A stretch of DNA of 48,202 nucleotides from Fidelibacterota bacterium (GTDB taxonomy: Bacteria > Fidelibacterota > Marinisomatia > Marinisomatales > Marinisomataceae). The notes below the pieces were generated by a model, which saw only the letters and a program-made list of their open reading frames with translations, made no database searches and was not told the DNA's origin. Within the stretch, counting starts at the first letter, position 1; every line of letters starts with the position of its first letter. The stretch spans positions 1-48,202 of the forward strand of contig JABHGE010000025.1 in NCBI GenBank assembly GCA_018672235.1, read 5' to 3'. Made by a program: the position numbers and the translations under genes. This document shows positions 7,644 to 17,471 of the stretch, piece by piece.

Positions 7644-8516
7644 GTGAAAAATTATAAAAAATTTTTAGTATTGAGTATAATTAGTTCTATGTTGATTATG
7701 TCATGTTCCAATGGAGGAAGTAGTGTTAATGCTTCTACTGACAGTACTTCAGAGACTGGTGGAAATGACGGCTCAGCAGTTAATGTCAAATCAAAGATTT
7801 TGATGGAGTTATTTACTTCAACTACATGTGGACCTTGTTTTCCTCAAAATACAACCTTAAATGATTATTTAAATCCTGAATCATCCGTATATGCTAACGA
7901 TTTAGCTGATGATTGGATTATATTGCGATATCATGTATGGTGGCCTTCTGCAGGTGATCCTTACTATGATTGGAATACTGCACCAGTTATAGATCGTGAG
8001 AGTTATTATAGCGTGGGTTATGTTCCTCATATGTTTGTACAAGGTCAAGTAGATGCTGGTGGTACTGCAGCTGGTTGGAGAACTCAAGCAAGATTAGCAA
8101 TGGACGATGTAACGCCTTTTAACGTACAAATAACTGGAACAAGAGATGGTTATAATCTTAACGGAAACGTTACAGTGACTTCAGCTGGAGATGTTAATAA
8201 TCTTGGATTTAAGTTATTTGTTGCAGTGACTCATGACAATTCACAATATCAAGCACCGAATGGTCAAACAGTATTTGATCAAACATTTATTGATTTTTTA
8301 ACATCTGATGCAACTTCTTATGGAGAGCCATTAAATCTTGGTGTAAATGAAACTTATACAAAAGTTTATAACTGGACATTAGATAGTAATTGGCCAAATG
8401 ATTCAGGAGTTTCTTGGAGCACTGAAGATTTAACAATTGTTGCTTTCGTTCAATTTGATAATAGCGGACCTAATCAGAAAAAAATATTCCAGGTTGAAGC
8501 TCTTAGTTTTGATTAA
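7644..8516 (+). CDS. Omp28-related thioredoxin-like lipoprotein
   Basis: Lipobox IMSC, ELFTSTTCGPC motif, C-terminal IVAFVQ Ig-like strand. Confidence 0.8.
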   Translation: MKNYKKFLVLSIISSMLIMSCSNGGSSVNASTDSTSETGGNDGSAVNVKSKILMELFTSTTCGPCFPQNTTLNDYLNPESSVYANDLADDWIILRYHVWWPSAGDPYYDWNTAPVIDRESYYSVGYVPHMFVQGQVDAGGTAAGWRTQARLAMDDVTPFNVQITGTRDGYNLNGNVTVTSAGDVNNLGFKLFVAVTHDNSQYQAPNGQTVFDQTFIDFLTSDATSYGEPLNLGVNETYTKVYNWTLDSNWPNDSGVSWSTEDLTIVAFVQFDNSGPNQKKIFQVEALSFD

Positions 8517-8540
8517 TAAGTTTCGGTCTTATTTACATAT

Positions 8541-8614
8541 GCGCCCGTAGCTCAATTGGATAGAGCGTCTGGCTACGAACCAGGAGGTTGTAGGTTCAAA
8601 TCCTTCCGGGCGTA
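8541..8614 (+). tRNA. tRNA-Arg(ACG)
   Basis: Acceptor stem GCGCCCG/CGGGCGT, D arm GCTC-AATTGGATA-GAGC, anticodon loop CTACGAA. Confidence 0.97.
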
Positions 8615-8617
8615 CAA

Positions 8618-9115
8618 ATGTCTATTGAAAATCAATTAGGAGCTGTCTCCCACGAAGATTGGATGCGTCGTGCTTTAAGCATTGCATCAAAAGGAATGAG
8701 AGAAGATGAAGTGCCAATCGGTGCCATCGTTATCTATAAAGGAAAAATTATAGGTCAAGGTTATAATCAATGTGAATCTTTAAATGATTCTACCGCTCAT
8801 GCAGAAATGCTAGCAATTACAGCAGCATCCAACACAATAGGAGATTGGCGATTAACTGATTGCACTCTTTATGTGACAAAAGAGCCTTGTTCTATGTGTG
8901 CAGGAGCCATTATAAATAGTCGTATTGATGCTCTATATTTTGGGTGTTATGATGAAGATTTTGGTGCATGCGGTTCCAAGCTAGATATTTGTGGAAATCC
9001 TACCTTTAAAACGCCTAGCGTTGTCAGGGGGAATGTTTTGGGTGGAGACTCACTTGTTTTGATCCAAGATTATTTTTTCAAGAAAAGAAAAAAGAAGAAA
9101 GATTTAGAATTTTAG
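8618..9115 (+). CDS. tadA: tRNA adenosine(34) deaminase
   Basis: EVPIGA, TAHAEM, WRL, TKEPCSMCAGA and SRI motifs. Confidence 0.92.
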   Translation: MSIENQLGAVSHEDWMRRALSIASKGMREDEVPIGAIVIYKGKIIGQGYNQCESLNDSTAHAEMLAITAASNTIGDWRLTDCTLYVTKEPCSMCAGAIINSRIDALYFGCYDEDFGACGSKLDICGNPTFKTPSVVRGNVLGGDSLVLIQDYFFKKRKKKKDLEF

Positions 9116-9874
9116 TTAAAGCAAGTAAGGTAAAATAGCTTTTCTATTTTTCGGATAGTCTTCAAATGTTTTATTGTACCATTTATGACCAGCAATAGCT
9201 CTTGGAACGAGATTTGCTATAGTCCATATCGCAAATGATAAGCCAGCTAATGACCATGTCATTAAAGCAAACGCAGTCCATTCCATGATTTCACCTAGAT
9301 AATTTGGATATGAGACATATTTATACATAAAACCATGAGGAATATGATAGCCTTCCTTATTAGATCTTAAGCGTAATAAGGTGTTGTCTGACTTAATATT
9401 GATAGTGGCGCCTATTAGAAATAGTATGATACCTAATATGAAATTCCATTCATAAACATATTCCAGTGGATACGATTGTATAAAGCCTAAATAGTATCCA
9501 TTGATAAAGCCATTGACTGTATTGAACATAAGTGCTAAGAGAATAACTAAGAGTGGCATTTTAGATGGATTTTTCTGTCTAATAGGGTAGATAATGCTAC
9601 GATTAAAATAATGACTTAACCACAATATAAGAAATATGTATGAGACGATGCTTTTTTCTATAGGTCCAGTTAAGAAAAGATAGCCAACTATAACAGGTGA
9701 CATGATTTCCATAGCAAACCATCCTAATTGACTGGGAATCATAATGAAGAACCAAGACCCCCAATTTGACTTAGAAAACTTACCGTAAGGTGCAGGTATT
9801 TTTAACAAGACAAGAAAGGCTATAAATCCCAATAAGAACCAATAATTTATTCCCGCTTGATAAATTTGTAACAT
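9116..9874 (-). CDS. 3-oxo-5-alpha-steroid 4-dehydrogenase (steroid 5-alpha-reductase) family
   Basis: APYGK, GWFAME, HYFNRS, YPNYLGEIMEW and NLVPRA motifs. Confidence 0.88.
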   Translation of the reverse strand: MLQIYQAGINYWFLLGFIAFLVLLKIPAPYGKFSKSNWGSWFFIMIPSQLGWFAMEIMSPVIVGYLFLTGPIEKSIVSYIFLILWLSHYFNRSIIYPIRQKNPSKMPLLVILLALMFNTVNGFINGYYLGFIQSYPLEYVYEWNFILGIILFLIGATINIKSDNTLLRLRSNKEGYHIPHGFMYKYVSYPNYLGEIMEWTAFALMTWSLAGLSFAIWTIANLVPRAIAGHKWYNKTFEDYPKNRKAILPYLL

Positions 9875-9918
9875 CGATAATAATTTATGGCTAATATTGA
9901 TTCGTTCAAAGAGCGTTT

Positions 9919-10758
9919 ATGGATAATAAAACAATTATAGTAACAGGGGCAACCGATGGAATAGGTTTAGAGGCAGCCACTAAGATAGCTTCTCTTGGAA
10001 ATCGCGTAGGTTTAGTAGGTAGAAATCCAGAAAAAGGCGCAAAAGCAATTGAACGCATTACAAGTTTAACTGGAAATGATAAGCTTGATTTCTTTCAAGC
10101 CGATTTAAGTTCAGTTTCTGAGATCAATAAACTTTCGGAAGAAATTAAAAATAAATATTCCAAGCTAAATGTCTTGCTCAATAATGCTGGAGGGGCAAGC
10201 AAAAATAAAATTATTACTTCCGAGGGACTTGAAAAAACATTTGCAACGAATCAAATGAATTATTTTACACTTACTACGAACCTTATGGATATGTTATCAG
10301 CATCTGAAGGGTCTAGAGTCGTTAATGTTGCATCTAATGCTCATATTGGTGCAGATATTGATTTTCATAATATTAATGGAGAAAAAGGTTATTCTTTTTG
10401 GAAGGCATACTGTATATCAAAACTAATGAATATAATGTTTACATATAGGTTAGCAGAAATACAGAATAAAGTGATAGTGAATGCGCTGCATCCAGGATTT
10501 GTGGATACAAATATAGGAGGTAATGAAGGATCTGCTATTAAGAAAATTGTTAAATTTGGATCAAAGCTTTTTGCGAGAACAGTAGAGAATGGAGCAGATT
10601 CAAGTATTTATCTTAGCACTTCAGATGAAGTAAATAATATTTCTGGAAAATATTTTTTTAAATGCAGACAAATAAAATCATCAAAAGTATCTTACGATAA
10701 AAAACAGTGGGATCAAGTATGGAATTTATGTCAGTCTTATAAGGAAAAACTATCATAG
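9919..10758 (+). CDS. SDR family oxidoreductase (retinol dehydrogenase-like)
   Basis: TGATDGIG, NNAG, YCISK and LHPGFV motifs. Confidence 0.92.
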   Translation: MDNKTIIVTGATDGIGLEAATKIASLGNRVGLVGRNPEKGAKAIERITSLTGNDKLDFFQADLSSVSEINKLSEEIKNKYSKLNVLLNNAGGASKNKIITSEGLEKTFATNQMNYFTLTTNLMDMLSASEGSRVVNVASNAHIGADIDFHNINGEKGYSFWKAYCISKLMNIMFTYRLAEIQNKVIVNALHPGFVDTNIGGNEGSAIKKIVKFGSKLFARTVENGADSSIYLSTSDEVNNISGKYFFKCRQIKSSKVSYDKKQWDQVWNLCQSYKEKLS

Positions 10759-11198
10759 TGAAGCAAAGAATTCTTATGCGTTCAGAGTATGATTTCTTTA
10801 ATACTGCATCAACTAGATGGAGAGATATGGATGGATTAGGACATATTAATCATACAATATATTTAGGATTATTAGAAACAAAGCATAAGGACTTTATTGA
10901 CCATCTTCATGGTAGCGATGAACATGAGTTTGGTTTACAAAGTACGGCGGCAGGGTTATTGGCTTCCATGAAAGTTATGTATATAAAACAAGTTCGTCAT
11001 CCTGCAGAGCTTGATATAGGATATCGGATTACTAGAGTAGGTTCTAAGAGTTATGATGTTCATCAAGCTATTTTTGTAAAAGGAGATGACGATCCCGCAT
11101 TTCAAAGTATTCACACATTTGTAATGTTTAACTTTGTAGAGCAAAAATCAATTCCAGTAGGAGATCTTATCAGAAATAACCTAAGAGAAATAAAATGA
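10758..11198 (+). CDS. Acyl-CoA thioesterase (4HBT/YbgC family)
   Basis: RWRDMDGLGHINH hot-dog motif. Confidence 0.85.
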   Translation: MKQRILMRSEYDFFNTASTRWRDMDGLGHINHTIYLGLLETKHKDFIDHLHGSDEHEFGLQSTAAGLLASMKVMYIKQVRHPAELDIGYRITRVGSKSYDVHQAIFVKGDDDPAFQSIHTFVMFNFVEQKSIPVGDLIRNNLREIK

Positions 11199-11959
11199 TT
11201 ACACTGCTATCTCCGTCAAAAAAATTAAATTTCAATGAACAAGATATTGTTCATAGTTATACTCAGTGCGATTTCATTCAAAGCGCTGAATTGCTAGCCA
11301 ATGAAGCTAAAAATCTTACAGAAAATGACTTAAAAGATTTGATGAACATTAGCGATAAGCTTGCAAAGTTAAATCGAGATAGATTCGATAGATGGTCCTT
11401 GCCTTTTAGTGTATCAAATGCAAAGCAAGCCATACTAGCTTTTGATGGAGGGGTATATTCAGGGTTAAAGGCAGAAGATTTCAAGGAGAAAGATTTTGAT
11501 TTTGCTCAAAACCATTTAAGGATTCTATCAGGATTATATGGAATTTTAAAGCCCTTAGATCTTATTCAGCCTTATAGGTTAGAAATGGGTATATCTTTTA
11601 AAAATAATAGAGGGAAAAACTTGTATGAATTCTGGAAGGAAGACCTAACTCAAAATTTAAATAATACACTGAAGGATCACAAAAATCCTACCATAATAAA
11701 CTGTGCATCAGTTGAATATTTTTCAGCTATTGATTTAAGTAAGCTCAATGGAAAAATCTTATCTATAGTATTTAAGGAATATCGAAATGATAAATTAAAA
11801 TTTATCTCTTTCAATGCAAAGAAAGCGAGAGGATTGATGACCCAATATATTATGAAGAATGAGATTGATACTAATAAGGATATTAAAGATTTCAGTTATG
11901 ATAATTATAATTTTGATTTAAAACTTTCTGATGATTCAACTTTTGTATTCACCAGATAA
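11195..11959 (+). CDS. yaaA: Peroxide stress protein YaaA
   Basis: LLSPSKKL, LRILSGLYGILKPLDLIQPYRLEMG and AKKARG motifs. Confidence 0.93.
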   Translation: MITLLSPSKKLNFNEQDIVHSYTQCDFIQSAELLANEAKNLTENDLKDLMNISDKLAKLNRDRFDRWSLPFSVSNAKQAILAFDGGVYSGLKAEDFKEKDFDFAQNHLRILSGLYGILKPLDLIQPYRLEMGISFKNNRGKNLYEFWKEDLTQNLNNTLKDHKNPTIINCASVEYFSAIDLSKLNGKILSIVFKEYRNDKLKFISFNAKKARGLMTQYIMKNEIDTNKDIKDFSYDNYNFDLKLSDDSTFVFTR

Positions 11960-11986
11960 ATAATAAAAAAAAATAAAGGAAAAAAA

Positions 11987-13474
11987 ATGAAAAAATACAC
12001 GTCAATATTAATAGTATTTTTATTTTCAATTAGCATTATGCAAGTTGTTGGTTGCGCTAGTTCTGAGGGTGAAATGTCAAGGCAGACAGGAGACGCTTCA
12101 AAAGAAGCTGCTGCTGGTCTAGATGCAGCGCACCACGTTATGTTTGAGTTGGCTAGAGCTGAATTTGATAAAGGAATTGATAAGGATCCTAATTGCGTAA
12201 CATGTTATTTAAATAAGGCGCATGTAGAACAAGACAGGGTATTAAAAAGAGAATTATTTGAGACCGCTTTAGAATTATCAAAACCTGGACATCCAGAAAC
12301 TACACTTGCTCAAGCAGCAGTAGATTGGATAAACGGTGAAGGTAATCGATTTGCAGGATATGCTGACTTATATGCAAAGTATCCAAATGATAGATTTTTA
12401 GCTGCTGGTGCCTACAGAAGTCTTCAAGCCGAGGATAACATAGAAGAAGCAAGAGAAATGCTATTAGCAGCAGCTGACAGATTGAACAGAGGGCATTTGT
12501 ATAACTTATTAGCTTATTCTTATATGTGGAATATTGATCCTGATTCAGAAGAATATGATATGGCATTACCATATATTGAAAAGTATATGGAATTAGATCC
12601 AAAACAGGCCAATGCATTGGATTCTCTTGCAGAATTTTATTTAAATAAAAGAGACTATGATCTAGCTATAAGGTACTATATGGAAGCAACAGAGATGGAT
12701 CCAAATTTTTCATGGGGTCCAAGAAATACTGCTTTAGCTCAGTATCAAGCAAAACTATCTCATGATGAAGCTAAGGTTATGCGCGTGAGCACAGAAAGCC
12801 AAGATGCGAGCAATGGATTTGATAGGGCAAGATGGCAACTTTACAATCTTGAGTGGGAAAATGCATATAAATCATTTTCATATGCAATTGAACAAGATCC
12901 TAATTTTGCGCTTGCATACGCAATGCGAGCTAGAACAAGTGGTTTCTTAGGTAACCAAGGTGATATTGCAGATGACCTAGATATCGCGGTTAGCATGTCT
13001 TTAAATGCATCAGAAGATGAAGCTGCAATGATTAATGCCGTATCTAACGATATGACCAATGGAACTAGCACTTTTAACCCATTAAGCGAGAGATTAGCTG
13101 ATAAATATTCAGACGATTCTTTCCTAGCATTTGAAACAGTTTTTGCTACAATCTCAGATAGGGGAGCAGATGTGGTTCTTGACAGAGCAAAAGCTTTATA
13201 TGCAATGAACCCTAACTTTACTCCAGTATTAAATATGATGGGATATGCATACATGGAAAAAGGTGACTTAGATAACGCAGGTAAAATGTTACAAGAGCAA
13301 GTTAGAAGAGCTTCTGGATCAGCAAATCCATATGATTCAATGGGAGATTATTATTTAGCAATTAGTAATAATGCTGATGCATTAAAATATTTTGAACAAT
13401 CAGCTGCAATGGGGCTTAAAGCAAGTGTTGCTAAAGCTGACAGTTTAAAAGCTCAATTAGATAAAGAAAAATAA
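11987..13474 (+). CDS. TPR-repeat lipoprotein
   Basis: Lipobox VVGC, several TPR motifs (DPNF), SD AAGGA upstream. Confidence 0.85.
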   Translation: MKKYTSILIVFLFSISIMQVVGCASSEGEMSRQTGDASKEAAAGLDAAHHVMFELARAEFDKGIDKDPNCVTCYLNKAHVEQDRVLKRELFETALELSKPGHPETTLAQAAVDWINGEGNRFAGYADLYAKYPNDRFLAAGAYRSLQAEDNIEEAREMLLAAADRLNRGHLYNLLAYSYMWNIDPDSEEYDMALPYIEKYMELDPKQANALDSLAEFYLNKRDYDLAIRYYMEATEMDPNFSWGPRNTALAQYQAKLSHDEAKVMRVSTESQDASNGFDRARWQLYNLEWENAYKSFSYAIEQDPNFALAYAMRARTSGFLGNQGDIADDLDIAVSMSLNASEDEAAMINAVSNDMTNGTSTFNPLSERLADKYSDDSFLAFETVFATISDRGADVVLDRAKALYAMNPNFTPVLNMMGYAYMEKGDLDNAGKMLQEQVRRASGSANPYDSMGDYYLAISNNADALKYFEQSAAMGLKASVAKADSLKAQLDKEK

Positions 13475-13490
13475 ATAAAAGGAAATTAAT

Positions 13491-13850
13491 GTGGCAAATG
13501 TAATAAAAAAGAACTTTAGCAATCCTGACGAATTGCGAGAACCAGATAAAATGAAAGTTGAGTTTCTAGAATTTCCATCAGGAAAAGTTGCTAGACTAAC
13601 TTCACAGCCTGGTTGGACATGGACAGAATGTGTAAGTCCAATTGCAGGTACTGAAACATGTCAAGCGCATCATTTAGGAGTTGTTACCAAAGGTGATTTA
13701 ACAATTTTTGGTGACGATGGATCAGAAGAGACTTTTGGTCCTGGTGATGCATATGAAGTTTTACCAGGTCATACAGCTCAAGTTAATGGAGATGAAGAGG
13801 TAGAATGTTTTGAATTTTCATCAGAAACAGCTGAGACGTATGCAAAATAA
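13491..13850 (+). CDS. Cupin domain protein
   Basis: QPGWTWTECV..CQAHHLG..PGHTA motif. Confidence 0.85.
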   Translation: MANVIKKNFSNPDELREPDKMKVEFLEFPSGKVARLTSQPGWTWTECVSPIAGTETCQAHHLGVVTKGDLTIFGDDGSEETFGPGDAYEVLPGHTAQVNGDEEVECFEFSSETAETYAK

Positions 13851-13876
13851 CTAATATTTAATTATTAATAATTGAA

Positions 13877-13911
13877 TAAAAAAGCATAGAATTTAATTTT
13901 ATGCTTTTTTA
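13877..13911. terminator. Bidirectional intrinsic terminator
   Basis: TAAAAAAGCATA...TATGCTTTTTTA hairpin between convergent genes. Confidence 0.8.
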
Positions 13912-14367
13912 CTTAAAAAAAAATCTTCCAAACCAAGAAGCTAAACGTAGCTTTATTTTCATAGATTGTGACATATCATAACAAGTAATTAATCTTGTAT
14001 CTGCTAATGCAGCTTCTCTATGAATAAAAGAAGTTTTATACCAATCAATTTCAGTCATTTCAAGAAATTTTTTCATATTAGGATACCACACTACTCCAAC
14101 TTCATCCCATTTATTTTTATCTGGACCAATCATTGTTAGTCTTATTCTTGACCACCATAATACCTTTCCACCAACTTTCATAACTGCTTTAGTGGCAATA
14201 TCAGAATATTTCTTATAGGCATCTCTTCCAGATATAGTGTTTAATGTACTATCTTTATATTTAGCATTTTTATTGTATGAAAAGAGATTTATTTGGACGA
14301 GAGGTTTACCATCATCATGATTTTTCTTGGCATACTCAATTGTTTGTTCTGTTGGAATTATAAACAT
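13909..14367 (-). CDS. DUF1330 family protein
   Basis: SGRDAYKKY, VGGKVLW, WDEVGVVWYP and HREAAL motifs. Confidence 0.8.
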   Translation of the reverse strand: MFIIPTEQTIEYAKKNHDDGKPLVQINLFSYNKNAKYKDSTLNTISGRDAYKKYSDIATKAVMKVGGKVLWWSRIRLTMIGPDKNKWDEVGVVWYPNMKKFLEMTEIDWYKTSFIHREAALADTRLITCYDMSQSMKIKLRLASWFGRFFFK

Positions 14368-14441
14368 TATTTACAACCTTTCATTATTTATCAGTATAAA
14401 ATTTAAAACTTTCCTTAAATTGTCGAAAGCAAAGGATTCAA

Positions 14442-16052
14442 TTGAGTAAAAATTACCAAATTTTAGCATTAAAGTGGAGACCAAAACATTTTAAGGATGT
14501 TGTGGGTCAGGACCATATTACCGAAACCTTGCAAAAAGCATTCGAAAAAAATCGTATTGCTCAAGCTTTTTTATTTGCAGGCCCTAGAGGAGTTGGTAAA
14601 ACAACAACAGCTCGATTATTAGCAATGTCTTTGAATGGTTCCGATACTCCTTCAACAGATTATGATATTGATTCAGATGCAGTAAAAGAGATTATAGAAG
14701 GTAGGTCAATGGATGTTATTGAAATTGATGGTGCATCAAATAGGGGTATTGATGAAATACGCGAATTGAGAGAAAATATTAAATTCATGCCTTTGTCAGG
14801 TAAATTTAAAGTAGTTATTATTGACGAAGTACACATGCTGACAGTTCAAGCATTTAATGCACTACTTAAGACATTAGAAGAACCACCTACGCATGTAAAA
14901 TTTATTATGGCTACTACAGATATCCATAAAGTTCCACAGACAATTATTTCTCGCTGCCAACGTTTTGACTTCTTGCCTATGACAAACACCGTTATTAAAG
15001 ATAGGTTAAAGCATATACTTGAAGTAGAGTCGGTAAAAATTGACGACGCTTCATTGGAATTAATTGCTAGCAAGTCTGATGGTAGTATGAGAGACGCCTT
15101 AGGTTTTTTAGATCAAGTATTAGTGTTTAGCGATAAAAAGATTACTACAGAGATGGTAATTGATTTGCTTGGCATTGTTCCTACAGAGATTTATTTCAAT
15201 ATTACAGATGCTCTCCATAATAAAGATGGAGATAGTCTTATATCAGCTATCCAAAAAATTAGAGATAAAGGTTATATTATTGAAGATCTTTTGAAGGGGT
15301 TAATAGGTCATTTTCGTAATCTTGCTTTACTTCATTATACCAACGGATTAGGGTTAGCTGGTGTTTCACCGGAAGTAGCTAAAGCGTATACCAGTATTGG
15401 TTATGAATGGACACTGAAAGATATAGTAAGACTATCAACCAATCTTTCAGAATTATATTCATCAATTAAGCAATTTTCAGATCAATATTTAATTTTTGAA
15501 ATGACGTTAATCAAATTGTTACAATTTGATAAGAGCGTAGATATTGAAAAATTTTTGGACTCAAATATCGTTGAAAGTACTACGCCTGTAGAGACGATTA
15601 AAAAGAGTGCTCCAAAGGCAAAGTCAACACCTAAAGTGGAGACTAATCACAAAGAACTTAAAGTTAAGGTTGAGAAAAAAGAAATTAAAGAGGAAAAAAA
15701 AGCAAAAAGCAGTCACTCTAAAATTTCCATAGAAGATGTAAAAAATTCTTGGAGTGAAATTCTAAAAAAAGTATCTAAGGAAAGAGGCTCTATTGGAGTT
15801 TTGCTAGAAACATGTATTGTTGGAGATTTGAAAGACGATACTTTAGAGTTAATATCTTATGACAGTAATGAATTTAGTCAGAAGCTCCTGAAAGATCCTT
15901 TTATTTTATCTACAATAAACTCGGTTATAGGATCTTCATTAAAGGTGAATATTGTTGTTGATACCAATGTAGCAAAAATTGAAGAAGACGTAAAAGAAGA
16001 AATTAATCAAGATGATATTGTCAAATTATTTGACGGAAAGGATTTTGCCTAA
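14442..16052 (+). CDS. dnaX: DNA polymerase III subunit gamma/tau
   Basis: LALKWRP, GPRGVGKTT, IIDEVHML and SRC motifs; TTG start after SD AAGGA. Confidence 0.97.
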   Translation: MSKNYQILALKWRPKHFKDVVGQDHITETLQKAFEKNRIAQAFLFAGPRGVGKTTTARLLAMSLNGSDTPSTDYDIDSDAVKEIIEGRSMDVIEIDGASNRGIDEIRELRENIKFMPLSGKFKVVIIDEVHMLTVQAFNALLKTLEEPPTHVKFIMATTDIHKVPQTIISRCQRFDFLPMTNTVIKDRLKHILEVESVKIDDASLELIASKSDGSMRDALGFLDQVLVFSDKKITTEMVIDLLGIVPTEIYFNITDALHNKDGDSLISAIQKIRDKGYIIEDLLKGLIGHFRNLALLHYTNGLGLAGVSPEVAKAYTSIGYEWTLKDIVRLSTNLSELYSSIKQFSDQYLIFEMTLIKLLQFDKSVDIEKFLDSNIVESTTPVETIKKSAPKAKSTPKVETNHKELKVKVEKKEIKEEKKAKSSHSKISIEDVKNSWSEILKKVSKERGSIGVLLETCIVGDLKDDTLELISYDSNEFSQKLLKDPFILSTINSVIGSSLKVNIVVDTNVAKIEEDVKEEINQDDIVKLFDGKDFA

Positions 16053-16366
16053 TGTTTGGAAATATGAAAGAAATGATGAAACAAGCACAGAATATGAAAT
16101 CTGAAATGACCAAAGTTAAAAAAGAGCTGGAGAAGATTGAAGTTCAAGGATCCTCTTCTAATGAATCTTGTATTGTTACTATGACAGCTGATATGAAAAC
16201 TACTAAAGTTGAGATTGAAGAAACATTGCTTAGTAGCGATGCTTATATTATTGAAAATGCAATCAAAGTTGCTGTTAATAATGCGTTAGAAAAAGCAAAA
16301 GATACTTCCGCAAAAAGACTTAAATCTGTAACAGGCGGATTAATGGATAATATTCCAGGAATGTAA
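16052..16366 (+). CDS. ybaB: YbaB/EbfC nucleoid-associated protein
   Basis: MMKQAQ...AVNNAL pattern; dnaX-ybaB-recR synteny. Confidence 0.9.
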   Translation: MFGNMKEMMKQAQNMKSEMTKVKKELEKIEVQGSSSNESCIVTMTADMKTTKVEIEETLLSSDAYIIENAIKVAVNNALEKAKDTSAKRLKSVTGGLMDNIPGM

Positions 16367-16965
16367 TGAGTAAAGTAGTAGTATATATTGACCAATTAGT
16401 AGAGGCTTTAACAAAATTTCCCGGAGTAGGTAGAAAGGGAGCTGAGCGTATTGCATATTTTATTGTTCGTTCTAATAAGTCCGTTGCAAAAGATTTGATA
16501 GTTGGACTAGATAATATAAGTGAAAAACTATCTAATTGTGATAATTGTGGAATGATTTTCTTGAAAGAAGACGAAGACTGTAGCTGTAATTCAAATCGAA
16601 ACGCTTCATGCTTGTGCGTTGTTGAAAACGTTGAAGATGCTGTAAAAATTGAAAATACTAATAGTTATGATGGTTTGTATCATGTTCTTGGAGGCGCTAT
16701 ATCGCCATTGGATGGTATAGGACCGTCCGAGTTATCTTTTGATAAGCTTTTAAACCGCATTGATGATAAACTAGAAGAAATTATTATTGCTACCAATCCA
16801 AGTACGTCAGGCAACGCAACTGCGATGTATTTAGAAAAAATATTAAAAGATAAAAAAGTAATTATTTCTAGATTAGCAGTAGGTTTACCTGTTGGTAGTA
16901 ATCTAGAGTATATAGACGATAAAACAGTAACCACTGCTATTGAAGGAAGGGTAAAGCTCAATTGA
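16366..16965 (+). CDS. recR: Recombination mediator RecR
   Basis: FPGVGRKGAER, YHVLGGAISPLDGIGP and IIATNP motifs. Confidence 0.96.
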   Translation: MSKVVVYIDQLVEALTKFPGVGRKGAERIAYFIVRSNKSVAKDLIVGLDNISEKLSNCDNCGMIFLKEDEDCSCNSNRNASCLCVVENVEDAVKIENTNSYDGLYHVLGGAISPLDGIGPSELSFDKLLNRIDDKLEEIIIATNPSTSGNATAMYLEKILKDKKVIISRLAVGLPVGSNLEYIDDKTVTTAIEGRVKLN

Positions 16966-17465
16966 AAAACTTTATCAATTTTTTAACTTATTCTCGCATT
17001 ATTCTCACTCCACTTATTATATATCTTATTTATAGCGATAATCATATAGCAGCAGCATTAGTTTTTGTTTATTGTAGTTTCAGTGACGTTGCTGATGGAA
17101 GATTAGCTCGCAAACATAATCTCGTATCAGAAAAAGGTAATTATATTGATCCTTTAGCAGATAAAATTCTGATGATAGGCACACTAACAATACTAGCTTA
17201 CCAGGGAATAATACTTCTCTGGGCTTACTGTATTCTTGTTGGTCGCGATGTTTTAATTACAATGTATAGAAACTATCTTATCGGAAAGAATAAGCCTTTA
17301 GTGACATCTCAATACGGAAAGTGGAAAACTGTATTTCAACATGTTATGATTATTATTATTTTATTGAACAGTCCTACACAAGATATTATTAATCTAATTG
17401 TTTCATTTAATGCAATTTATGCAGCATCAACAGGATTTGAATATGTGTTCAAAAATGGATTTTAA
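16962..17465 (+). CDS. pgsA: CDP-diacylglycerol--glycerol-3-phosphate phosphatidyltransferase
   Basis: DVADGRLARK...G..IDPLADK motif. Confidence 0.85.
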   Translation: MKNFINFLTYSRIILTPLIIYLIYSDNHIAAALVFVYCSFSDVADGRLARKHNLVSEKGNYIDPLADKILMIGTLTILAYQGIILLWAYCILVGRDVLITMYRNYLIGKNKPLVTSQYGKWKTVFQHVMIIIILLNSPTQDIINLIVSFNAIYAASTGFEYVFKNGF

Positions 17466-17471
17466 AAAAAT

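Noticed and set aside
15671..15722. dnaX programmed frameshift at the A8 run (15694-15701)
   Set aside because: The position is plausible and the -1 frame stops soon after, but the motif is not A-AAA-AAG, no stimulatory hairpin is visible, and A runs are common in this Lys-rich AT-rich linker.
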